A stretch of DNA of 64,000 nucleotides from a virus, in the IMG/VR virus record IMGVR_UViG_3300032046_000005, positions 1 through 64,000 of that record. One strand, written 5' to 3'. A program made the translations under genes and the position numbers. Positions 20,961 to 29,486 of the stretch are shown here, in pieces (the first letter of the stretch is position 1; every line of letters begins with the position of its first letter). The notes under the pieces are model-generated. The model was not told where the DNA came from, searched no databases, and worked only from the letters and a program-made list of their open reading frames with translations.

Positions 20961-21853
20961 ACATGGAAGAGGACAAAATATTATATTTGAATACGAACGA
21001 AGTATATCCAGATCCAAATCAACCTAGAACGATAAAGCCAACTCTGGAAGAAATCGAAGGCATGGCTCAATCAATTATTTCGGTTGGACAAACAAGTCCA
21101 ATAATAGTGCATCCGAAAGACGAAAAAGGATACAAGATACAAGATGGCGAATGTAGATGGAACGCGTGTAAATCGTTGAATGTGAAAGTAAAAGCGATTG
21201 TGAAGAAAATCGAATCGGAAAAAGAATTGATGGAATTACAGTTCATATCGAACGAACAACGATTTGAACATAATTTTCTTGATAGAGAAAAGTTCATTAC
21301 GAAAATGTGGGAATCTGGAAAGTATAATACATATACTGATTTAGCTAAAGTGATAGGAAAAAGCAATGCGATTATTTCTAATAATTTAAAATCATATAAA
21401 ATTAGAAGAGAAATAGAAAAAAATAATATTAATACTTTGTCTTTGTCAACTTCTCTTTTGTTAGAATTTGATAAATATCCTATTGAAACTCAAAAAAATG
21501 TTATTGATATGTATAAACGAGGTATAATTAAAGAAAATGGAATTAGAACAAGTTTATTTGAATTAAACAAATCTAAATTTATAAATAATAAAAAAAATGA
21601 TCCAAAAGAAATGTGGGAAAATATAATTGTTAATATAAATAGATCATTTAATATGAATTTATTATTATATTATAATGATGAAAAAATAACTGATTCTTAT
21701 TTTTTTCTTTTACAAACTGCTTTATTTACTTTATATCAACAATTAAATAATATAATTAAAGAACCAAATTTTCTAGAAGAATATAAAAAAAAAGCTTATG
21801 AAATACTTAAAAATTTTCAGGAAAATATCAATAAAAATTTAAAAAATAATTAA
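20957..21853 (+). CDS. ParB/Srx-domain protein with HTH
   Basis: PDPNQPR, SIISVGQ..PI.V, DGECRW, SNEQR; LAKVIGKS HTH. Confidence 0.85.
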   Translation: MNMEEDKILYLNTNEVYPDPNQPRTIKPTLEEIEGMAQSIISVGQTSPIIVHPKDEKGYKIQDGECRWNACKSLNVKVKAIVKKIESEKELMELQFISNEQRFEHNFLDREKFITKMWESGKYNTYTDLAKVIGKSNAIISNNLKSYKIRREIEKNNINTLSLSTSLLLEFDKYPIETQKNVIDMYKRGIIKENGIRTSLFELNKSKFINNKKNDPKEMWENIIVNINRSFNMNLLLYYNDEKITDSYFFLLQTALFTLYQQLNNIIKEPNFLEEYKKKAYEILKNFQENINKNLKNN

Positions 21854-21857
21854 TAAA

Positions 21858-22463
21858 ATGGCATCAAAAGGACATAAAGTTTCTGAAGAAACAAGAAAAA
21901 AAATATCTGAAACAATGAAAGGACATAAAGTTTCTGAAGAAACAAGAAAAAAAATATCTTTAGGAAATAGAAATAGAAAAGTTTCTGAAGAAACAAGAAA
22001 AAAAATATCTTTAGGACATATAGGAAAACATCTTTCTGATGAACATAAACAAAAAATAAGTGAAAGAAATAGGAACAATAGAAATAGATTAGGAAATCAT
22101 CTTTCTGAAAAACAAAAAGAAGAAAGATTGTGGAAAAAAGAAGAAAGATTAAAGAAAATATCTATAAATAATAATATATTTAAAATTGAATATATAGAAA
22201 AAACATTTCTTAAATTAGGTTTGTTGTTATTAGAATCGGAATATATTTCTAGAGTAACTCCTATGCGATATAGATGTTTGAAATGTGGATATGAAGGAGT
22301 AAAAAAATTAAAGAGTGTTGTTTTAAATCAAGATTGTCCTATATGTGCTCGAAAAAAATCAAATGAGAAAAAAAAAAAAATATGGCAAAAATATCGAGAA
22401 ATTAAAATGAATATGAATCTCGAAAATCAAAGTAATAGTTATTTGCTACATGAAAACCATTAA
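21858..22463 (+). CDS. NUMOD3-repeat and Zn-ribbon protein without an evident nuclease domain
   Basis: KVSEETRKKIS three times, HLSDEHKQKIS; CLKCG...CPIC. Confidence 0.7.
   Translation: MASKGHKVSEETRKKISETMKGHKVSEETRKKISLGNRNRKVSEETRKKISLGHIGKHLSDEHKQKISERNRNNRNRLGNHLSEKQKEERLWKKEERLKKISINNNIFKIEYIEKTFLKLGLLLLESEYISRVTPMRYRCLKCGYEGVKKLKSVVLNQDCPICARKKSNEKKKKIWQKYREIKMNMNLENQSNSYLLHENH
21867..22019 (+). repeat. Three 51-nt tandem repeats encoding NUMOD3 units
   Basis: AAAGTTTCTGAAGAAACAAGAAAAAAAATATCT core at a 51-nt period. Confidence 0.9.
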
Positions 22464-22537
22464 AATATTATGTAGAGTTTTTGGAGTTTCTCTATAAAAA
22501 AACTTCATATAATTAATCAAAAAAAGGAACGAGAAAA

Positions 22538-24013
22538 ATGAGCGTTTGCAAGGAATGTCAAGCCAAATTTCAAGAAATCGTTCAGATTTGCGAGAAGTGT
22601 GGTTCAGATGACATTGAAGTTGTTAGGAAAACGAAGAAAGAGATCGTTCGTTTTGCAGGCGGAGAACATTCGTTCTATGATCAAAATGATGTTGATTCTG
22701 ATTCTGAAGATGAGAATCATTTTCCATATTATACTCCAGTTGATGATTTTTATTCAAATCCAAACGCAAGAAAATCACTTGAACAACTAAAAAAAGAAAC
22801 ACCATTCGTTGCAATAACTTCTCCAAAACAAAACGTAGAATTTTTCACACCAAACAAAACAACTAACGATGGACGCCACGAATTACCAAAACTTGGATAT
22901 GGTGATTTCATTGACGAAGAGTATGGCAAACAGTTAATGAATATTGGCAAACAATGGAGAGAAACAAAAGAACGAATTAAGAAAGAAGAGGAAGAAAAAG
23001 CATATGCTAGAAAAAATCCATTTTTCAAAATACCTGAAAAAGAGAAAAAAATAGGAAGATTAAGAGAATCATTGCTTTCATTAGGAATATCAACAACATT
23101 GAAACATGGACAATGGGAAAGAGTTTACGATAAAAAATGTAATGGAAATGGCATTTTTATAGGAGCTGGTGTTACGATCTATGGAGAAAACGAACAAGAT
23201 ATTGATTTATGTGGAGAAGGAGAATCATTGTTTGGTTTTGTAATGGGATGTTGTCCACAATTAGAACAGATTCCTTCTGAAGGATATTTTTACAACGATT
23301 TTGATAATCCGTTTTATGACAATCAATATGTTCAAGTAGGAAGTCCGACAATAGGAAATGTCTGCTTGGTTGTTTCACGAATTGGAGTTTCATTCAGAGT
23401 TGGAGATAAGTTAAAGTGTGTAGATGGCATGTTTGAAGTTGTTCAACCAGACGATGAGTATCAAATGGTTGCCATGGAAAGCGTGAATGGATACCCAAAT
23501 ACTTGCAAGTATTTCTATGCTAAGTATATTGGAAATGGACATGTTCCGATGTTAAAAAACAATATATTTCCTACTCAACTAACTTTTGAAGAAAGATATC
23601 CAGAATCGAATAAATATACTCCACCTGAACCGTTGAAAAAAATTGATGATTTTTTTAATAAAACGAAAAAGAAAAAAATATTAATAAAAAATATGTATGA
23701 AATTAGCTTATATCGATGGAACCGATTTGTAGAAAGAAAAGTAATTCACATTCCTTGTCCCTTTTGTATCGATTCTGGTTATTATTATCAATCGAATAAA
23801 TATTGTTGTGAATATAAGTGTAGAATTAATCATAAAATTTGTGGAAATAAAAATTCGTTGTATGAAAAATACTCGAAAACAGGTAATAATAGAAAAGCAA
23901 AAAAATATGCAAAAAAAACTATAAAATTGATTAAAAAAGAAATAAAAAAAATCAATAAAAAAGAACTGAAAAACAATAAAGATAAAAAAATTGATCTTAT
24001 AAATTGGATGTGA
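22538..24013 (+). CDS. Mosaic protein: Zn ribbon, capsid decoration-protein paralog domain, CxFC-family domain
   Basis: About 150 aa align with 53862-54353 (GQWERV, DIDLCGE, KLKCVDG, KYFYA). Confidence 0.8.
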   Translation: MSVCKECQAKFQEIVQICEKCGSDDIEVVRKTKKEIVRFAGGEHSFYDQNDVDSDSEDENHFPYYTPVDDFYSNPNARKSLEQLKKETPFVAITSPKQNVEFFTPNKTTNDGRHELPKLGYGDFIDEEYGKQLMNIGKQWRETKERIKKEEEEKAYARKNPFFKIPEKEKKIGRLRESLLSLGISTTLKHGQWERVYDKKCNGNGIFIGAGVTIYGENEQDIDLCGEGESLFGFVMGCCPQLEQIPSEGYFYNDFDNPFYDNQYVQVGSPTIGNVCLVVSRIGVSFRVGDKLKCVDGMFEVVQPDDEYQMVAMESVNGYPNTCKYFYAKYIGNGHVPMLKNNIFPTQLTFEERYPESNKYTPPEPLKKIDDFFNKTKKKKILIKNMYEISLYRWNRFVERKVIHIPCPFCIDSGYYYQSNKYCCEYKCRINHKICGNKNSLYEKYSKTGNNRKAKKYAKKTIKLIKKEIKKINKKELKNNKDKKIDLINWM

Positions 24014-24023
24014 ATTAGTAAAA

Positions 24024-24797
24024 ATGAATAATATATTAGAATTATTTTCTACAGAAGTTGGAAGCAGGATGTGGCGCATGGAACACGAGCATTCTGATTT
24101 TGATCGAAACGTTGTATATGTAACGGATTCTAGAGAATTCTTGTTAGGAGAAAGGATGCAAGGAAAACAAGTTCAAAACAAAGAAGAAAATACCGATTAC
24201 ACGTATTACGAAATAGGAATGTTGATTAGAGGTTTGATGTCTGGAAATGTAAATTATCTATGGACAGTCATGAGTCCAATTTGCTTAGAACAATATAGAA
24301 CTTCGTTTACCGAATTGCGAGATGTTGTTTCAACAAACTTGAGCAAGGATTACTATCGTTCGATTAGTGGATTTGCTTCACATAACATGTATCATTTCAT
24401 TACGGGAGAAACAAAATCAAAAGAAATAAAAGAAATACAAGAAAAACAAAAAACTGGACCACTTGTGTTAGGAGAACAGTTCAAATTAGTTGAAGAACAC
24501 GTGAAAAGACAACAAAAAGCTACACGAGAAATTGATAGAGAATCGTTATTGTTCAAAAAGAAATTGAATGTTATTGGAAGAACGTTGAAGTTTGGAATTA
24601 ACTTGTTATTATGGCATAAGGCAATGTTTGAAAAGGTTGATATTAAAGACGAAAAAGAACTTTATGACTTGAAAAACGAACTTGATAAAGCGTATGTAAA
24701 TTGTACATTACCTGAAAAACCAAATCCAGAACCTTTTGAAAAGTATCTGATTAAATGGAGATTGCATAAACTAAAGAAAGATGGGTTGATTGAATGA
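24024..24797 (+). CDS. Pol-beta-superfamily nucleotidyltransferase (RlaP/Nuc-transf-like)
   Basis: VGSRMW...SDFDR motif; YE; SGNVN. Confidence 0.75.
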   Translation: MNNILELFSTEVGSRMWRMEHEHSDFDRNVVYVTDSREFLLGERMQGKQVQNKEENTDYTYYEIGMLIRGLMSGNVNYLWTVMSPICLEQYRTSFTELRDVVSTNLSKDYYRSISGFASHNMYHFITGETKSKEIKEIQEKQKTGPLVLGEQFKLVEEHVKRQQKATREIDRESLLFKKKLNVIGRTLKFGINLLLWHKAMFEKVDIKDEKELYDLKNELDKAYVNCTLPEKPNPEPFEKYLIKWRLHKLKKDGLIE

Positions 24798-25532
24798 GAT
24801 TGAACAAAGAAGATTTTAACAAACTAGATGAATTAATAAGAAAAATAGGATTTGGAAGCTATTATGATTTGATCGAATGTCTGAAAATGATTCTTGATAA
24901 CATGCATTTGAACGTGTTAAAAGATAAACCTATATTGAATGGTAAAATAAAAGAAGAAATAGATTTGCATGTATTAATTAATTTGATTTTAGAATTGCAA
25001 AGAAGAGATGTGAAAGAATAAAATGTCAAAAGCAAAAAAATTGAATGACGATGAAATATTAGACTTGATAATTAATAGGCTGTCATCAAAAAAAGCAAGT
25101 AATAATAAAATATATCATTATGAAAAGAAAGCGAAAAAACTATATAGAATGTGTAAAAAACCACTATTTTTAAAACTAAAAGAATTATATTTGAAAACAA
25201 AAATAAAGATCACGAATCAATGGAAAATATTAACATTTAGAAAGAAATATTTAACACCAGAAATAAAAAAAGAATTAGATATGTGGGATAAAGTTGACTA
25301 AAGAAGCAAAAGAAGTTAAAGAATGGAAATATACTATAATTGCCGTATGCATGGAATGTGGAGAACAAGAATTCAAAGGACAAAAAAGATATATGACTAA
25401 GATCGAAGAAATTGAAAAAAAGGGAAGAATGAGTAATTATGCAAGAGTTTTTGGTGAATTTAGGTTTGTTTGTAATAAATGTGGAAGAATGATAAAAGTG
25501 AAAACAAAAGAAATAAAGGAGAAATGGGAAAA

Positions 25533-26348
25533 ATGAGCGAAGATGGATGGATTGATTGGAATATGAACAATGAAACAATAAATTGGAGTAGATCTAAACA
25601 TAAAAAAGACAAACATTTATGTTATGAATGTAAAACCAATTTGAATTATGAACATGTATTTGAATATGCTTTTCATGATCATTTATTTAACTTGAAAAAA
25701 CAAGGAATAGATATAATAAACGATGTTGATATTCAATCTGTAAAAAACGATTTTAGAGAAACGTTTGATAACTGGTGGCAATCTGATGTTATAAAATTTT
25801 ATTGTTGTAAATGCTATGAAAATAGTAGTGAAGGTAAAGAAAAAGAAGAACAACGTTGGTTAGAACGAAGAAAACAAATTGAAACAGAAAATCAGGAATA
25901 TTGTTCGATGTTAAAACAAAATTTGAATTTGGAAGATGTTGAGATAATTGCCGGAGGAATGGGTATGGATAACAATTTAGAATCATTTAACGATTATTAT
26001 GCAACTTTAAACAACATGAGAATCAAATTAGAACAAAAAGGATGCAAATCACCTTTTACAATAATTTCGGATCATTCAACAAAATTATATGCAAGCATGG
26101 AATATCACATGTGCCAAATTGCCATGGAATATGATGTAAACATAGAACTTGATTCGATGTATGATATTGCAAAGAATGAAGGTTCAATATTAAAGATTGC
26201 AGTGAACGAACAAGAATTCATTGAATCGAGAAAGTGGATTAAAGAATGGTTGATTGACGATTCAATAATGAAAGGCGAGAACGATTATCGCTTGATGTTA
26301 ACCGATGGAAAGTTTGGAATCGTGACAGGATGGTTGACTTTGACTTAA
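25533..26348 (+). CDS. CxxC...W...CCxC Zn-domain protein
   Basis: LCYEC...FDNWW...FYCCKCY, paralogous to part of 11604-12626. Confidence 0.6.
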   Translation: MSEDGWIDWNMNNETINWSRSKHKKDKHLCYECKTNLNYEHVFEYAFHDHLFNLKKQGIDIINDVDIQSVKNDFRETFDNWWQSDVIKFYCCKCYENSSEGKEKEEQRWLERRKQIETENQEYCSMLKQNLNLEDVEIIAGGMGMDNNLESFNDYYATLNNMRIKLEQKGCKSPFTIISDHSTKLYASMEYHMCQIAMEYDVNIELDSMYDIAKNEGSILKIAVNEQEFIESRKWIKEWLIDDSIMKGENDYRLMLTDGKFGIVTGWLTLT

Positions 26349-26349
26349 T

Positions 26350-27747
26350 ATGCCAAAACTTAGAGTTGGAATAGCATCGATTGGAGGTAAGTTTAGATTG
26401 GTAAATACAATTCTTAACTTTGTCCCCTATCATGAATTTTTCTTGAGTTTGTTCTGTGGCGCTTGTTGGGTTGAAATTAATCAACCTCGTTCGAGATATG
26501 AATGTTGGAATGATAGAAATTCGGAGACAATTAACTATTTATTGATGGTAAGGCAATATCCAAAAGAATTTGACGAGATGAAGCAAGGAGTGTTTGGTTT
26601 AGTGAGTCAAGAGATTTGTAATAGGATTGTAAGAGGGGAGATAAAACCTCAAAATAATCTTGAGAGAGGATTTCTGTTTTATTATTTAAACAAATTGACT
26701 TTCGCTGGAGATGTTAAGAAGATTGGTGATGATGCTCATTATTCAGGCATACAAAATCCTTGCATTAATTCGATACGCGAAACAGACTTGGAGAAAGCGA
26801 AAGAACGATTTGATGATAATGTTCACGCGAATTATGGAGGATTAGGAACTGGAGTTATGGGAAGTAAAGAAGGAAGGTTTCCTCGCAAAAACGATGTCGA
26901 ACAAGCTAAAGATGAATACAAAACAAAAGGATACGCTGGAATGAACCAAAACAGAATTGATTCAAAAGAAATCGAAAAAGCCAAGTCAACTTATCGAGGT
27001 ATTGTACCAGATGGTTCGCTCGTAGGTTTGGAAGATTTTAACGCAGAAAAAACAAAAGCATCATATACTGGAATCAACAACACGAGAGCATTGGGACCGT
27101 CCGGAAACAAGCGAGATCGTGCAAAATGGCAACAAGAGTTTCAAGAGAATGCTGAAAATGCAAATTATCGAGGTATTGCAGAAAAAGATGGTTTAACCGA
27201 AACTACTTCGAAACAATACCAAACAGTTTCACACGAATCAGTATCAGGATATAAGGGAATTAATCCAATCGTGACGAGACCATATACGAATTTTGATCGA
27301 GGTTTACTCACTCCACTACAACCTGAAGCGATCGAACGATTGCGGTTCGTGAACATAACTTGCTACGATTTTAGAAAGGTGTATAAATTGTTCTATAAAG
27401 CATTTTACGAACGAAAAGGACTTTCGAAAGAATGTTTTATATATGGAGATCCTCCTTTTCCAGGAAGCGAGCATTATTATGGAAACTTGTTCAAGAAAGA
27501 AGACCACCAAGATTTAATAGACTTGATGTTAAAAACTCCGTTCAATTTCATGTTAAGTATGGGAGGAGAATGTGAAATGTATCTCAAACAATTGAAAGAT
27601 TGGAACATCGTGCCTCTAAAGGTGAAATATAGCATGGATGCAAACAACCAATACGATCGGAACGAATACCTTATCATGAACTATGAGATAAAGAAATCGG
27701 CAAAAATGACAAATAATTGTCAAGGAAATATTACCAAGTTTTTTTGA
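26350..27747 (+). CDS. Dam-like (D12 class) adenine methyltransferase with a large repeat insertion
   Basis: GGKFRL, FCGA, WND, YGDPPF, EYLIMNY; ~180-aa insert of YxG(I/L/M) repeats. Confidence 0.88.
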   Translation: MPKLRVGIASIGGKFRLVNTILNFVPYHEFFLSLFCGACWVEINQPRSRYECWNDRNSETINYLLMVRQYPKEFDEMKQGVFGLVSQEICNRIVRGEIKPQNNLERGFLFYYLNKLTFAGDVKKIGDDAHYSGIQNPCINSIRETDLEKAKERFDDNVHANYGGLGTGVMGSKEGRFPRKNDVEQAKDEYKTKGYAGMNQNRIDSKEIEKAKSTYRGIVPDGSLVGLEDFNAEKTKASYTGINNTRALGPSGNKRDRAKWQQEFQENAENANYRGIAEKDGLTETTSKQYQTVSHESVSGYKGINPIVTRPYTNFDRGLLTPLQPEAIERLRFVNITCYDFRKVYKLFYKAFYERKGLSKECFIYGDPPFPGSEHYYGNLFKKEDHQDLIDLMLKTPFNFMLSMGGECEMYLKQLKDWNIVPLKVKYSMDANNQYDRNEYLIMNYEIKKSAKMTNNCQGNITKFF

Positions 27748-27756
27748 GATGATGAA

Positions 27757-28485
27757 ATGAACTTAGGAGAACGAATAAAAAATTATTATGAAAACCAATG
27801 GAAGTTCAAGTTGCCCATGCGAATGCCCATAATCGTGAGAATTGATGGTAAAAACTTTCACACTTGGACTAGAAAACACCAATGTGTAAAACCATTTGAT
27901 CGTGAATTGATGAAGATATTTGACGAATCAGCCGTGCATTTATGTTATATGATTCCTGACGTTCAATTTGCTTATTTACAATCGGACGAAATCAATTTAT
28001 TGATTCATAATTACAAAACAATTGAACAAGAAGCTTGGTACGATAATAACTTGCAAAAGATTGTTTCAATCATAGCAAGTACATATAGTAGTTTGTTTAA
28101 TTTTTTATACTTTTCAAAAGACTTTTACGAATTAGCGTTTTTTGATTGTAGAGCGTTTTGTTTGCCAGAAAATGAAGTTGTTAATTATTTTATATGGAGA
28201 CAAAAAGATTGGGAACGAAATTCGATTCAAATGTTGGCAAGACAGTTTTATAGTCATAAGGAATTGAACAACAAAAAACGAGACGAAATTCACGAAATGT
28301 TGTTTCAAAAGAACGTGAATTGGGCAAATCTTTCTACTCAATTGAAAAACGGAAGATGTGTCGTGAAAAGGGATGATAAATGGATTGTTGATCACGAAAT
28401 ACCTATATTTACTCAAGACCGTGAATATGTGGAAAAATACTTGAAAATTGAAGATAATGATTTTAATAAGTTGGTAAATGTTTGA
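27757..28485 (+). CDS. thg1: tRNA(His) guanylyltransferase / Thg1-like 3'-5' polymerase
   Basis: VRIDGKNFH, KPFD, QSDEI, FDCRAF, WRQ.D..RN. Confidence 0.93.
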   Translation: MNLGERIKNYYENQWKFKLPMRMPIIVRIDGKNFHTWTRKHQCVKPFDRELMKIFDESAVHLCYMIPDVQFAYLQSDEINLLIHNYKTIEQEAWYDNNLQKIVSIIASTYSSLFNFLYFSKDFYELAFFDCRAFCLPENEVVNYFIWRQKDWERNSIQMLARQFYSHKELNNKKRDEIHEMLFQKNVNWANLSTQLKNGRCVVKRDDKWIVDHEIPIFTQDREYVEKYLKIEDNDFNKLVNV

Positions 28486-29059
28486 TATGCATTTTAACAG
28501 ATTAGTAAATATTCAGATAAAAGAAATTAAAGAAAAAACAATAATACATTATCCAGAAGTTGAAGATTTGTGTTATAGAGAATATTCCAATCATAAAAAT
28601 GGATGTCCTAATAAACATAAATGCGATTGGTTGAATATACCATCTTTTGATATATTATTAGATTGTGGTAAGTTCAACCATTTTTACTTGGTATATGCTG
28701 AATTTGATTTCAAAATATATTTAGAATTGAGAAAAAAAGAACATCCCAAATGGTCCAAGCAACAATTGAAAAATCCATTATATTGGCAAAATTCAGTCAA
28801 AAAATTGTTATCTAGATATATTGATAACTTATCTTTAATAAAAACTGATTATGTATTGGGTTGTGGTTCAGGATTAAAATTGAAACAACAAAAAAGAGTT
28901 GGATCGATGGAAAATTCTTGTATAAATGTTTTTAGTACTTGTCGATTAAATGATATAAAATTAGAAATACATCCTAAAAATAAGATATATCTGGTTTGTT
29001 TATTATGTTCAAAAAAATCATTAATTCTTAAAACAATTTTAGATTATGTTGAATTATAG
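28478..29059 (+). CDS. DUF2284-like metal-binding protein
   Basis: C...GCPN..C, GCG and SME...INVF.T patterns. Confidence 0.55.
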   Translation: MFDMHFNRLVNIQIKEIKEKTIIHYPEVEDLCYREYSNHKNGCPNKHKCDWLNIPSFDILLDCGKFNHFYLVYAEFDFKIYLELRKKEHPKWSKQQLKNPLYWQNSVKKLLSRYIDNLSLIKTDYVLGCGSGLKLKQQKRVGSMENSCINVFSTCRLNDIKLEIHPKNKIYLVCLLCSKKSLILKTILDYVEL

Positions 29060-29390
29060 AACAAGAGAAGAAATATTCAATAAAACAATGGTCTTAATAC
29101 GAAAATTCTTGTATTTTGTATTAAGATTAGATATTCATAAGAAATATGAAAAATATAAAAAATATGCAAAATATGGTTATATTCCTCTATTATCTTATGA
29201 TCCAATTGGTAAAAATTACAGGTTTAATTGTTATTGTTTAGAATGTCCAAATAATAGTAATGGATTGTGTAGAACATTATTTTATAGAATTCCAAAAAAA
29301 ATTCTTCACGAATTTGATGGAGATAATATTTGCAAGAATTATTGTGGATAATATAATTTAATTTTTTTTTCTACTTTTTTTAATTTTCAT

Positions 29391-29402
29391 AACATTTAAA
29401 TA
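29391..29402 (+). promoter_or_regulatory. Archaeal TATA promoter AACATTTAAATA (identical copies at 33560-33571 and 39243-39254; variants near 9621, 13511, 19854 and 33146)
   Basis: Same 12-mer in three intergenic gaps, each after a T-rich tract and before a gene start. Confidence 0.7.
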
Positions 29403-29423
29403 CTAGCTTTCATTTATCATTAA

Positions 29424-29485
29424 TGTTAAGCATAAGAAGTTCCTACTTACAAAGTCTTGAAAACTGAATTACTTCTCGCTTAACA
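29424..29485 (+). ncRNA. Structured 62-nt leader or small RNA
   Basis: TGTTAAGC (29424-31) pairs with GCTTAACA (29478-85); AGAAGT with ACTTCT; begins about 22 nt after the TATA box. Confidence 0.5.
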
Positions 29486-29486
29486 C

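Noticed and set aside
21867-22019. Regular repeats as a CRISPR array
   Set aside because: In-frame coding repeats with no unique spacers; the Cas4-like gene is in a recombination context with no other cas genes
22464-22512. Weak inverted repeat (TAGAG...CTCTA) before the 22538 gene
   Set aside because: Short and imperfect; expected by chance in AT-rich DNA
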